NCBI GenBank assembly: GCA_040390065.1
Contig: JAZJZE010000009.1
Span: forward strand, 506,930 to 570,929
From: a bacterium
GTDB lineage: Archaea > Thermoplasmatota > E2 > JACPAO01 > JAHFTW01
Direction of reading: 5' to 3'
DNA: 64,000 nucleotides
A model generated the notes under the pieces. The model saw nothing but the letters and a program-made list of their open reading frames with translations. It was not told where the DNA came from and ran no database searches. The stretch's first letter is position 1. The number at the start of each line of letters is the position of its first letter. The translations under genes and the position numbers were made by a program. Positions 17,440 through 27,050 of the stretch are shown here, in pieces.

Positions 17440-18120
17440 TCACGCCGTGAGGGTGCGCACGCCACCCGGCTCCGCGACGTAGACTGCACTGCACAAGCCA
17501 AGAAACAGGCCGCACGTGACGACACCTGGGAACGTCTCGAGCTGCACTTCGAGGCGCTCCGGGTCATCGATTCGCGGCCACTTGGCATCGAGGATCGGGT
17601 TGCCGTTGTCGGTCAGGATCGTCTGGCCGGTGGCGTCGCGCCGCAGACGGACGGCCGCGCCCAGTTCCTCCAGGTGCATCTGGACAGGGCGCTTGCCGAA
17701 GTCCAGGACCTCCACCGGCAGCGCGAACGTGGAGCCGAGATGCTCGACGCGTTTCGAAGGGTCGGCGACGACGACCATCTTGCGGCTGACGCGGGCCACG
17801 ACCTTCTCGCGGCTGAGCGCACCGCCGCCGCCCTTGATCAGCCGCAGCCGCGGGTCGAACTCGTCCGCGCCGTCGATGGTCAGGTCGACGCGTGGCGTCT
17901 CGTCGAGCGTCGTGAGGCGGATGCCAAGCGAACGAGCCAGGGCCTCGGATTGGCGGCTCGTCGGGATGCCCACGAAATCGAGGCCCTGCTTGGCGCGGCG
18001 GCCGAGCGCCTCGATGGTGAACTTGACCGTCGAGCCCGTCCCGAGGCCGACCACCATTCCGGGGCGCACGAGATCCGCTGCGGCCTCGCCGGCTTGGCGT
18101 TTGAGGGCGTCCTTGTCCAC
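17440..18120 (-). CDS. rpiA: Ribose-5-phosphate isomerase A
   Basis: GLGTGST, DLTIDGADE, LIKGGGGALSREK, TDNGNPILD. Confidence 0.96.
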   Translation of the reverse strand: MDKDALKRQAGEAAADLVRPGMVVGLGTGSTVKFTIEALGRRAKQGLDFVGIPTSRQSEALARSLGIRLTTLDETPRVDLTIDGADEFDPRLRLIKGGGGALSREKVVARVSRKMVVVADPSKRVEHLGSTFALPVEVLDFGKRPVQMHLEELGAAVRLRRDATGQTILTDNGNPILDAKWPRIDDPERLEVQLETFPGVVTCGLFLGLCSAVYVAEPGGVRTLTA

Positions 18121-18187
18121 GCCGTTGCATGCCCGCGCCGCGTTTGGGGTTGCCGCTTGACCGGCGGACGCAACCTTCAAGCGCCGC

Positions 18188-19642
18188 ATGCCCGGTCGCG
18201 GCGTCGTGCGCCTCCACTGGCCCGTCGTTGCGATGGCTGGACTCATCCTTGCCGGTTGCTCCGCGCCCGCGACGACAACCATGTCGGATGGGCCGGATTC
18301 CATGGTCGTTCGCCACGCGTTCGCCAACGCGACGACACCCAACGCCGCCCCAGACGGCTTCGGCTCCGAGCCGTCCATCCTCGTCGCCAAGGACGGCGCC
18401 ATCTACTTCACCACGGTCCTCGGGTCGGCGCCGCCGTACGACCAGCCGACGCAGGTCGCCAACAAGCGCGGCGACGGCCTCTTCGTGACGCGTGACAACG
18501 GCACGACGTGGACGTACCTGGGCAAGGCCGATTATCCGTTTGGCGGCGGCGATTCCGACCTCGACGAACTGGGTGACGGGACTCTCCTTCTCACCGGGCA
18601 ATGGCGGCCGAGCGCCATTCCGTCCCTGCCCGCCGTTGGCGCGCCCTACGTGACTGGAGGCGAATCCGTGTCGCGCTCGGCGGATGGCGGCAAGACGTGG
18701 ACGGCGTTCCCCACCGCGGGGTACCTGCCCGACGCCGACCGCAACTGGCTCGCGGTGCGCGACCCCAGCACGGTCTTCCTCGTCTACAACGACGGCGTTG
18801 GCGGACTCGAGGTCGGAAAATCCACGGACGGCGGCAAGACGTGGCTGCCGCCCGTCGAGGTGGCGGGCACATCCGGCGGCCCGGCCAACGGCCCGAACGG
18901 CATCGCGGGGGACGCGGTCGTCGACGCCAATGGAACCTTGTACATCCCCTATGGGCCCGGCCCGGGTGGCGGCACCGTGCAACGCGTCTACACCTCCTCG
19001 GACGGCGCGGGGAGTTTCCAGGAACACATCGTGCACGCGACGCCGTCGGGCGAGACATCGGGCGCCATCTTCTCGACGATTGCCGTCGACACGGGTGGCG
19101 AACTGTACTACGCCTGGGCGGAGACCCAGGGCGGCGCCATGCGCATCTTCGTCAGCCACTCCGAGGACAAGGCCGAGACGTGGGGAAATCCCATCGTCGT
19201 CTCGCCGCCGGGAATGAGCGCGGCCTTCCCATGGGTCGTGGCCGGGTCGCCGGACCACTTGGCCGTGGCCTACGACGCGGCGCAGGGGACGTTCAAGCCC
19301 GACGACGCGCCCGCCAACACGACGTGGAAACCGATGGTGTCCTTCGTGGACGACGTCCACACGGGCGCAGCCGACACCGTGGCCGTGACCGCCACGCCGA
19401 ACCACGTCGGGCCCATCTGCACCGGCGGCACGGGCTGCACGTCGGGCCGCAACCTCGGCGACTTCTTCGAAATGGGCCGCGACAAGTGGGGCCACGTCGT
19501 CGTCGTGTGGGCGGATGACACGGGGGAGGCTCGCACGAACCACGCTGCGGTCCAAGCCATCGGCAGCCTGACGCAGGACATCGAGTGCCCCGCGGCCCAG
19601 CACGACGACCGCTGCCGGCCCGCACGAGCGGCAAGCGGGTAG
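18188..19642 (+). CDS. Sialidase-like (BNR/Asp-box) beta-propeller lipoprotein
   Basis: Lipobox LAGC; Asp-boxes TRDNGTTW, SADGGKTW, STDGGKTW, SSDGAGSF, SEDKAETW. Confidence 0.85.
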   Translation: MPGRGVVRLHWPVVAMAGLILAGCSAPATTTMSDGPDSMVVRHAFANATTPNAAPDGFGSEPSILVAKDGAIYFTTVLGSAPPYDQPTQVANKRGDGLFVTRDNGTTWTYLGKADYPFGGGDSDLDELGDGTLLLTGQWRPSAIPSLPAVGAPYVTGGESVSRSADGGKTWTAFPTAGYLPDADRNWLAVRDPSTVFLVYNDGVGGLEVGKSTDGGKTWLPPVEVAGTSGGPANGPNGIAGDAVVDANGTLYIPYGPGPGGGTVQRVYTSSDGAGSFQEHIVHATPSGETSGAIFSTIAVDTGGELYYAWAETQGGAMRIFVSHSEDKAETWGNPIVVSPPGMSAAFPWVVAGSPDHLAVAYDAAQGTFKPDDAPANTTWKPMVSFVDDVHTGAADTVAVTATPNHVGPICTGGTGCTSGRNLGDFFEMGRDKWGHVVVVWADDTGEARTNHAAVQAIGSLTQDIECPAAQHDDRCRPARAASG

Positions 19643-19705
19643 CGTGCACCTTGGATGCGTCCCACGGAACCGACGTACTCCAGCGGGTGTTCAGCGGGAA
19701 TGGCA

Positions 19706-21133
19706 TCACAACGTGACCGCCGGGCGGCCACATGGGGCGCAGTCGAACCGTGAGCGGCCTGGAAGAGGCGATGGTGGGCAACGATCGCTTGGACAGCCGG
19801 TCGCATACAGCAGGAACCCCGTATGAGCCTCCATGATGCGAAGGGACAGAGCCGATGTGCCGGTCCTCAAGGCGCATGAAAGAAGCGATTCAGGAACCTG
19901 GAGAACGCCGCCGACCGTGATGCGCGGGACGTCGATGGCCGCGCCGTCAAAATCCAATTCCAGCCTTTCCGAATTGGCCATCTCCGCGCAGGGCGCATAA
20001 AAGACCGACAGGGTCACCATGCCCAATCCCTTGCCGGCCAGTTGGGGTGGGGGGCCGGCGTCGCCGCGAGTGAGGAAATACGGCTGGGCAGCATCGGCGG
20101 GGGCCGTAGGCCTTGGCACTTGAACGAGGAAACGGATGGATGACATGTCGGAATCCATGACCTGGATTTCCCAATTGTATTGGAACTCATGCCTGAGGGA
20201 CCCCTGGCCCACGGTCACTTGGTCTCCGTAGGCACGTGCCCGCACGACGGTCGAGTGAGGATGCTGCTCGAAGAAGGCCGGAATTGTGCCGTCGCAGCCG
20301 AAATCGATGGCATGGCAATGATGGGCGAACCGCAGGGCATCTTCTATTGACACGGGCATCGCGTTGGGTTGTCCGCCAGGCGGGTGGTCTGCATACGTCT
20401 CGAGAGGGCCCGCGCCGGGGGCATCCCAGAGCGATGCGATGGATGGGTCGGCCTGGATTCCTGAATCCGCGTTCCTCGCAACCGAGACCAATGCCCAAAT
20501 GTAACGTTCTTCAGGGTGCCCGCCCCGTTCCTGCTCCCTGACAAGGGACAGGGGGACCACGAATCCAGGCGCAAACGAGTAGAGGTACGAGACGTTGAGC
20601 AAGGAGCCTTCCTTCTCGAAGGTGACCAGGAGCCGCCAGTGGAGGGCATCCAGCACCTCCACCGAGACATCGTAACCCACCCAGGTCGTTGCGTAGAGTT
20701 GACCAGGGACAAGATCGACTTCACTGAAGCGCATTGGCAGAAACGGCAGAAAGGCTTCTACGCTTGGCCACTGGGTTGGCGGATAGAAATTCCCCGGCGT
20801 ACCGTTGATCGCATAGGCCAGGATTTCCATTGAATGTTGGGCGAAGTAGTAGGACACGACGTCTGGACCCCTTGTCGCGTCCACTTCCACGGCCGTCGCG
20901 TTATGGCCGTGTACGTCCATCACGGTTTTCTGGACACCGACAAACCGCCATTCCGCGTCTATTGCAGGAGAGGTCAAGAGACTCAGCGGGCCGCTTGCAT
21001 GGGCAGCGCTTGTGACAGAAAACCTAGGCAATCCGGCCACAAACACATCGGTACCGGACTTGCCTCCCGAGCAGCCGGAGAAACCAGCGAGAAGGAGGAG
21101 CAGGAAGAAAAGGAAGACAACGCGCCTAGGCAT
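19706..21133 (-). CDS. Orphan lipoprotein
   Basis: MPRRVVFLFFLLLLLAGFSGC lipobox; long ORF with visibly lower GC. Confidence 0.7.
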   Translation of the reverse strand: MPRRVVFLFFLLLLLAGFSGCSGGKSGTDVFVAGLPRFSVTSAAHASGPLSLLTSPAIDAEWRFVGVQKTVMDVHGHNATAVEVDATRGPDVVSYYFAQHSMEILAYAINGTPGNFYPPTQWPSVEAFLPFLPMRFSEVDLVPGQLYATTWVGYDVSVEVLDALHWRLLVTFEKEGSLLNVSYLYSFAPGFVVPLSLVREQERGGHPEERYIWALVSVARNADSGIQADPSIASLWDAPGAGPLETYADHPPGGQPNAMPVSIEDALRFAHHCHAIDFGCDGTIPAFFEQHPHSTVVRARAYGDQVTVGQGSLRHEFQYNWEIQVMDSDMSSIRFLVQVPRPTAPADAAQPYFLTRGDAGPPPQLAGKGLGMVTLSVFYAPCAEMANSERLELDFDGAAIDVPRITVGGVLQVPESLLSCALRTGTSALSLRIMEAHTGFLLYATGCPSDRCPPSPLPGRSRFDCAPCGRPAVTL

Positions 21134-21147
21134 GGATGCCCGCACCC

Positions 21148-22356
21148 CTAGACGGGGGAAAAGAGCACGCTCGATCCTTGCGCGAGGACGACCGCGTCGA
21201 ACGGGGGCTGCGAGTGTGCCGTCCATACGACATCGTCAAATGACCACGCATACGGCCCGACAACCGGCCCTTGCCGTGCCGTCTGGATGTGGATCATTCC
21301 GGTTCCTGTCCCGGGCAAGTCGACAATCCAGTGATTCGTGCCGTCCCTGAGCAGGCTCAGGTCGCCGTCGACCGGCAGGGTGCGGGTGGCACTGTCTTGC
21401 TCTTGGGCCGCAGCCCACGTGTTGTAGTCCGTCATGCCGGAGGAGACGTCGCTGGCAAGGCCCGCATCACACTTGATTGATCCCGCTCCTCCCGAGTTGT
21501 CGAACCAATCATTGTAGCGAATGGGCCCATACGTGCGGTGGGGAACATGGAACGTGATGCTGGAACGCTCCAGAAAACCAAAGGAACCCCCGCGGTAGGT
21601 GACGTTCTGCGTATGGGCGCTGATGGTGAAATCGTACCAATAGATGTCTCGGGATGGATCGTACTTGCAGTCCGCCGACGGCTGGGAGTCCAATTCCACA
21701 ACTGGACTGGCGGATCCTGTGTCAAACGAAGCCAGGGCAGCAGGCGTGCCCTTTTTCCAGCACGGGTTGTTGAACACCAGGGCAATCTCGAACTCGGCGT
21801 TTCCGTTCAGGCCCGGCCCGAGGTTCGTGCTGTCCGCATTCCCGGCTTGCTGGTCTGGGTCGCATAGGGGTCCAAGTCCGGGCGGAAAGCAAAAGGCGGG
21901 AATGGCCGTCGCATGGGTGACAGCAAGTCCCGGCTGCCAAGATTGCGTAACGGTATCGAAGTACTGTATCTGGCTGACGGCCTGGCAACCCGTCCAAGGC
22001 CCGCAGTAGGGGGAGACGGGATGCGCGGTCGTGCTCCCCCCCGCCGGCGCCGCGAACGTTTCCTGGCGGACGTCACGACCACTCGATGTGGACGAAGTCC
22101 AATCAATCGTCGTGGTGACTTTCCAATCGGTCGACGACGTGTCGGTGCCGGAGGCCGTCGCAGTCCAAGACATGCCGGTGTCGGTGGCCGAATCACAGCC
22201 TCCCACCGTAGGACGAGCGGCCGCCGTCCCCATTGGCTGGACCAATGCCTGAGTGCCGGGCAGGATGGGGGATGTGGACATCACAACGAGAACTAGTCCA
22301 ATCAATGCGAGCAGGTGTCGGGCCACAAATCCAATCTCCACGGTGCTTCGAAGCAC
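21148..22356 (-). CDS. Orphan secreted Cys/Thr-rich protein
   Basis: Hydrophobic N-terminal signal and about 8 Cys; exact start uncertain. Confidence 0.7.
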   Translation of the reverse strand: MLRSTVEIGFVARHLLALIGLVLVVMSTSPILPGTQALVQPMGTAAARPTVGGCDSATDTGMSWTATASGTDTSSTDWKVTTTIDWTSSTSSGRDVRQETFAAPAGGSTTAHPVSPYCGPWTGCQAVSQIQYFDTVTQSWQPGLAVTHATAIPAFCFPPGLGPLCDPDQQAGNADSTNLGPGLNGNAEFEIALVFNNPCWKKGTPAALASFDTGSASPVVELDSQPSADCKYDPSRDIYWYDFTISAHTQNVTYRGGSFGFLERSSITFHVPHRTYGPIRYNDWFDNSGGAGSIKCDAGLASDVSSGMTDYNTWAAAQEQDSATRTLPVDGDLSLLRDGTNHWIVDLPGTGTGMIHIQTARQGPVVGPYAWSFDDVVWTAHSQPPFDAVVLAQGSSVLFSPV

Positions 22357-22452
22357 CCGTTGCTCGGGGCGGATCGGGTTATTTGGATTAGGTACCTATG
22401 ACTCATTTGTTCCTAACCCTCCTTTTTCCTAGGCCTCCCGGTGCAACGCTTC

Positions 22453-22650
22453 ATGCCATCCCGGCGCTACACAACCCTGGCCCTCCCCAACGCGCTTGTA
22501 CAGCGCGTGGACGCATTCGTCCAGGCGAATGACTGGGGGTACCGAAGCCGTGCCGAAGTTTTCGCAGCGGCTGTCCGGGATTTCTTGAAGGCACACGAAG
22601 TAAACCGACCGTCCGGGACGCCGGAAAGGCCTCCCGCTCCGCGGCGGTAG
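22453..22650 (+). CDS. Ribbon-helix-helix (CopG-like) protein
   Basis: 'YTTLALPNALVQRVDAFV...GYRSRAEVFAAAVRDFL'. Confidence 0.8.
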   Translation: MPSRRYTTLALPNALVQRVDAFVQANDWGYRSRAEVFAAAVRDFLKAHEVNRPSGTPERPPAPRR

Positions 22651-22714
22651 TCCGATTGAATCCTTCCGGAGAAAGGGAGGACGGATTCCGGGCGGGCTGC
22701 GCCTCCTCCGGCCT

Positions 22715-23338
22715 CTACGGAACGCCAGGAGCGTGCGTCGCGCGTTCATCCACCGGCACGACGAACTTCAGCGCGGTGTGCGAGGCAGAGATGCGCGCCA
22801 CCTTGATGTCCTTGAGGCCGGCCGCCCGGCCGGCAGCCAGCACGTCCGATTCCCGGATGTCGCGCTTTCCCTTGGGGTAGATGACCCACACTCCGCCGGT
22901 GTCGCCGATGCGGCTGCGCGCTGCGGCAAGGCCATCGAGGGCCGCGACGTCGCGCACACCGAAGAACAGGAGGTCGACGGTGCCGCCCGTCCGTGGGATG
23001 GTGGCGGTCTTGCCGAGTTCGTTCTCCAGGGCGCGCGGGACGGCGCCGGTGGTCGCAACGCGCACGCCCTCCTTCACGCCGAGCTTGTCCATGAGGCTTG
23101 GCGGCTTGCGGATCTTGTTGGCGAGCCGGTCGACCTTCTGGCCGAGCGGGAACTCCATGATGAGTCCGTCCACGCGCAACCGCAGGATGCCTTTGGCCGT
23201 GGAGACGACATCGATGAGCTTGTAGGCGACCTCGCCGCGCCGGCCGCCGCTGAAGGTGACGTGGTCGCTTGCGAAGTCGCCCTTGACGTTGACCTTCTGG
23301 CCGCCGACGGTGACCGTGCCGGCGACTTCGTCTCCCAT
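22715..23338 (-). CDS. DUF3052-like protein
   Basis: 'LMDKLGVK...DLLFF...GGVWVIYPKG...ESDVLAAGRAAGLKDIKVARIS..HTALKFV'. Confidence 0.75.
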   Translation of the reverse strand: MGDEVAGTVTVGGQKVNVKGDFASDHVTFSGGRRGEVAYKLIDVVSTAKGILRLRVDGLIMEFPLGQKVDRLANKIRKPPSLMDKLGVKEGVRVATTGAVPRALENELGKTATIPRTGGTVDLLFFGVRDVAALDGLAAARSRIGDTGGVWVIYPKGKRDIRESDVLAAGRAAGLKDIKVARISASHTALKFVVPVDERATHAPGVP

Positions 23339-23378
23339 GGCTGTTGCCAGGGCGGACGGCTACTTGGAGTGAACGCCG

Positions 23379-23861
23379 CTAACGGCGCATGGGGCGCTTG
23401 GCCGGCGTGCCGTGTTCCGGGGAGGCGTGCGGCGGTTTCCCCAGCCAGCCGATGTCGGCGCCGAGGAAGTCCAGGATGTCGACGGCGAGTTGGCGGTACC
23501 CGCCCGGCGCCGATGGCTTGCTGAAGAATGCCGTGGCGTCCGCCATCATGGACTCGGCCCGGTCGTCGGGGTCCGTCGACGCGGTCAGGATGATGATGGG
23601 CCAGCGCGCCAGATTGCCCTCGTGGCGGATGCGGTCGACGAGGTCGATGCCCGACATGCCCGGCAGTCCGATGTCGACGACGGCAAAACGCGGCCACAAC
23701 GATCGCGGTGAACGCAGCATGGCGTCCACGCTGGCCCACGCACCGGCGGCGTCGCCCTGGATGTCGAAGCGGTCGGTGTACCCCGATTGGCGGAATGCCT
23801 CCGTGAGAAGGCGCTGGTGCACCTTGCTGTCCTCGACGATGAGGATCAGGGGCTCTTCCAT
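23379..23861 (-). CDS. Stand-alone response regulator receiver (CheY/Rcp1-like)
   Basis: 'ILIVEDS', 'VVDIGLPGMSG', 'PIIILTAS', 'FFSKP'; CTTAAG box ~26 nt upstream. Confidence 0.9.
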   Translation of the reverse strand: MEEPLILIVEDSKVHQRLLTEAFRQSGYTDRFDIQGDAAGAWASVDAMLRSPRSLWPRFAVVDIGLPGMSGIDLVDRIRHEGNLARWPIIILTASTDPDDRAESMMADATAFFSKPSAPGGYRQLAVDILDFLGADIGWLGKPPHASPEHGTPAKRPMRR

Positions 23862-23909
23862 GGCAACGGTGAGAACGGCCGGGGCCCTTAAGCGGTTGCC
23901 GGCCGCCAC

Positions 23910-24533
23910 TTATGAGGACGCGACGGGGACGGGGGGCCGCGGCACGAGTTTCAGGGCGGCGTGCCGGCTCGAGACCTGGAGTTCCAGTTCGCCATCGAGG
24001 TCGAAGTAGAGACCCGCCTTGGCGACGGCCTCCGTGCCGATCTCGCGGTGCCCACGCGGGTACACGACCCAGAGCGTGCCGCCGGATTTCAGCGTCGCGA
24101 GGCAGGCACCGATGGACGCCAGGCTGCGTTCGTCCGAGACCCCGACCACGAGCATGTCGACGCCGGCCGGGGCGCGCACGGCTTCCTGCAGGCGCCGCCG
24201 CCGCAACAGCCGATACACCCACGCATCAGGCAAGCCAACGACCGCGACGGCGTCACCCTGGCGCGCGCCAAGGACTTCCAGCGGGGACGGGGCGTCTTCC
24301 ATCTTGCGGGCAAAGCGGCGGGCGCGGCGCTGCTCCTGCATGTCCATCTTGGCTTCGCCGTCGGGGAAGCGGATGTGGATGTACGACCCGTACTGCCAGA
24401 CTTCCGTGACGTCCGTGTATGGTAGGCGGCCTTCAGCGCCGGGGGAGAACGTGATGGCGTAGCGGCCGAGCGTGGCGTGCACCGACTCCGTCGTCCCGCC
24501 ATGGGTCCACTCGGTGCGTGCCCGGAAGGCCAC
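23910..24533 (-). CDS. DUF3052-like protein, paralog 2
   Basis: 'LEVLGAR...DMLVV...GGTLWVVYPRGHREI...HAALKLV'; collinear with 22715-23338. Confidence 0.7.
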   Translation of the reverse strand: MAFRARTEWTHGGTTESVHATLGRYAITFSPGAEGRLPYTDVTEVWQYGSYIHIRFPDGEAKMDMQEQRRARRFARKMEDAPSPLEVLGARQGDAVAVVGLPDAWVYRLLRRRRLQEAVRAPAGVDMLVVGVSDERSLASIGACLATLKSGGTLWVVYPRGHREIGTEAVAKAGLYFDLDGELELQVSSRHAALKLVPRPPVPVASS

Positions 24534-24603
24534 GGCCTCGGACTCCACCTCCAGGTATATGGGCTTCGCGGAGACGGACGGCCGACGCCGAAACGTGCCG
24601 CGG

Positions 24604-25230
24604 TCAATCCTTTGCATTGCGCGCATCAGAGGAAACGGGGGCCTGCCGGCGGTCCATCCACCATTGGGCGACGGCGATGGCGTGGTTGCCGTGGTACCAG
24701 TGCGGGCCCAGGCTGACGCGCTGCGCCCCGGCCGCCTCGATGGCGCGATATTCGGCCGCGCTGAACGGCACGTGGTCGGAAAGAAGCAGGATAGGGTCTG
24801 CCGGCGGCATCCAGGAATCGATGGCGGCCCCGGCGGGGTCGAGCAGCACGAACGTCCCCTTTCCCTTGAGGTCGACAAGGAGCTCCTCCAGGCCGAAGGC
24901 CGCGACGGACAGGCCGCGCTGCACCTCCTTCCAATCGGGCACGGACCATGACGCCTTGAGGGCCTGCTGCAGGCGCGCCGCCGTGGAGCGCTCGTCCGGG
25001 TTGAGCATCTGGATCTTGGCGCCCTCGATGCGCACGGTCTTCTGGCGCACTGGGCTGCGGGCAAAAACGGCGTAGGATTCGACGTCCTCGCGCAGGCCGT
25101 GGCTCAGGAAGAACGCCGCTTGCATGTTGCGGCACAGCACGTCGACGCGGCCCGCCGCGGCCGATAGTTCGTTCAGGCTCCAGTCGCCCGACGATTCACC
25201 GGTGTGCGAGACCGTGACGAAGCGCCGCAT
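24604..25230 (-). CDS. trmY: tRNA (pseudouridine54-N1)-methyltransferase
   Basis: 'MRRFV...LNEL..AGRVDVLCR...FFLSHGLREDV', 'LNPDERS', 'LSDH', 'VSLGP'. Confidence 0.93.
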   Translation of the reverse strand: MRRFVTVSHTGESSGDWSLNELSAAAGRVDVLCRNMQAAFFLSHGLREDVESYAVFARSPVRQKTVRIEGAKIQMLNPDERSTAARLQQALKASWSVPDWKEVQRGLSVAAFGLEELLVDLKGKGTFVLLDPAGAAIDSWMPPADPILLLSDHVPFSAAEYRAIEAAGAQRVSLGPHWYHGNHAIAVAQWWMDRRQAPVSSDARNAKD

Positions 25231-25868
25231 CAGCCCACCGGACGCGCCCAGGCGCCGAGGTCCGAGAGGCGAACCAGCAGGCCATCGGCGTTGGGGCTCG
25301 TCGGGGCGGGCGGCCCGTCCTGCTCGTCGACAAGGAACGTCTCGGCGCCGGATACCCAGAGGTGCCGCGTGGTGAAGACCCGGTCGCAGCAGTCGGCCGT
25401 CTGGCGGGTGGCGGGGACCGTGGCTGGCGCCATGGCCTGAAGGTCGTCGCGGATGGCGGACAAAGCATCTGGGCCCATCATGGCCATGCGGGCGTCGGCC
25501 ACGAGGTCGCGCCCGCAATCGATGGTGCCGTTGCGGCCGAGCGAACGAGCAGCCACCTCGAGTGCTTGCTGCACCTCGGCCGCGCACCAGCCCGTGCGGC
25601 CCGCGACGCCCCAGGGTTGGCCTTGCAGCCGCAGGACCGTGCCGTCCGAGAAGACGAGCACGCCGCTTGCGCCCGAGCTCCAGCCCGCGATGCCGCCCGC
25701 AGTCCGGTTGACGACGGCGGCGATGATGGCGCCCTGCGGGACGCCAGATGGGACGGCGGCGGCGTCGGGGATGAGGGAGCCGTCGGCGAGGCGGCGAACG
25801 CCGGTCGGTTCGGACGTACAACCGGCCAGGATGGGGACGAGGAGGACGGCGACGACGACGAGGCGCAC
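25230..25868 (-). CDS. Orphan lipoprotein
   Basis: Lipobox ILAGC; TGATG coupling to trmY. Confidence 0.7.
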   Translation of the reverse strand: MRLVVVAVLLVPILAGCTSEPTGVRRLADGSLIPDAAAVPSGVPQGAIIAAVVNRTAGGIAGWSSGASGVLVFSDGTVLRLQGQPWGVAGRTGWCAAEVQQALEVAARSLGRNGTIDCGRDLVADARMAMMGPDALSAIRDDLQAMAPATVPATRQTADCCDRVFTTRHLWVSGAETFLVDEQDGPPAPTSPNADGLLVRLSDLGAWARPVG

Positions 25869-25968
25869 AGGCCGCCCAGCGCTGGGGTCCTCATGGCCTT
25901 GGCGATGGCGGGGTGCGACGCCGAACGCTTCCGGCAACCCTTTGTCCAGGCAGGTGGCTCCAGGAGAC

Positions 25969-26394
25969 ATGGGCGACGCGGACACGCTCTCCCGGTTGCA
26001 CTTTCCCCGCGGCCTCGAACTCGGCTTGGCCGGCGGCGTCCTTCTGCGCTTCTCCGAGGTGGAGATCGAGACGAAAGGCAAGCTGCACGAGCCGCGGCCG
26101 GACTTTGCCATCCGTCTCGGAGCCAAACTGGGCGACGTGCGTCTGCTCGAGATCATGATGCCGGAACTGGGCATCCTTCTGGCGCAAGTGGCGGCCTCCG
26201 CTGACCACGAGGATGCAACGCTGGAATTGACGGCGGGGCCGCGCCAATTGAAGCGCATCGCCGAGGCCGCGCAGGCCGTGGGGGCCGCGCCGGAGCCGCA
26301 GCAGCTTGCCGCCAGTGCCGACTGGATGACTGCCGTGTTCGACCTTCCCGCCTACGACCCCGGCTACTTGTCCGTCATCCCGGCCGTGGCTTGA
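25969..26394 (+). CDS. Hypothetical protein
   Basis: AGGAG SD before ATG; fills the gap between two minus-strand genes. Confidence 0.55.
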   Translation: MGDADTLSRLHFPRGLELGLAGGVLLRFSEVEIETKGKLHEPRPDFAIRLGAKLGDVRLLEIMMPELGILLAQVAASADHEDATLELTAGPRQLKRIAEAAQAVGAAPEPQQLAASADWMTAVFDLPAYDPGYLSVIPAVA

Positions 26395-26992
26395 TCCAGT
26401 CGCGCAGCAGGTCCATCTGCTGGATGACGGACATCCACCCGTCGTCGCCTTGACCGCAATTGAGCCGCGCCATGCGGTCCCCGGCACGGACGATGACCTC
26501 GCCGCAGTCGGCGATGCCGACGGGCTTTGGGTCCTGCGCGCGGGCAAGGGCGGCGTCGATGGCGCGCCATGCGGCATCGCGGTCGCTGGCCGAAAGGGTG
26601 GCCGTGCGCACCTCGACGATGCGGACCCCATCCGGGCCTCCGGCCGCCCCGTAGATGGTGCCGTCCGAGAACAGGGGCTCGACGATGGGTCGCCACTGTG
26701 ACAGGTTCTGCGGGATGATGACGGCCGACTCCGACGCGCCGTTCCCGTTCATGCGGATCTGGTAGCCGACGTACAGCACGTGGCCGTCGCGGTCCAGGCC
26801 GACGTACGGCAGCGTCGGGCCGTAGCCGTCCGGGCCGACGGGGATGAACCCATACGTCCGGCCCTCCTCGACGGCGGGGCCGCCCCACGCCGACCAGGCA
26901 CCCGCTGCGGCGCCGGGCGTGACGGGCGTGGTCGAGCCGCAGCCGGCAAGAAGCGTCCCGATTGCGACAATGGTGAGGAGCGAAATGCGCAT
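26375..26992 (-). CDS. Orphan lipoprotein (distant paralog of 25230-25868)
   Basis: Lipobox LLAGC; shares 'DGxVL', 'ADC' and C-terminal 'WxxP' patterns. Confidence 0.7.
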   Translation of the reverse strand: MRISLLTIVAIGTLLAGCGSTTPVTPGAAAGAWSAWGGPAVEEGRTYGFIPVGPDGYGPTLPYVGLDRDGHVLYVGYQIRMNGNGASESAVIIPQNLSQWRPIVEPLFSDGTIYGAAGGPDGVRIVEVRTATLSASDRDAAWRAIDAALARAQDPKPVGIADCGEVIVRAGDRMARLNCGQGDDGWMSVIQQMDLLRDWIKPRPG

Positions 26993-27050
26993 CGACTGGG
27001 ATGGATGCGCCGGGGCCATGAACGTCGCGGTTTTGTTGGGGACGTGCCGA

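Noticed and set aside
17564-19603. Long antisense or alternative-frame ORFs (e.g. 17564-19603, 44162-46036, 49374-51380, 56235-58526)
   Set aside because: Shadows of real genes caused by high GC and scarce stop codons; no recognisable motifs.
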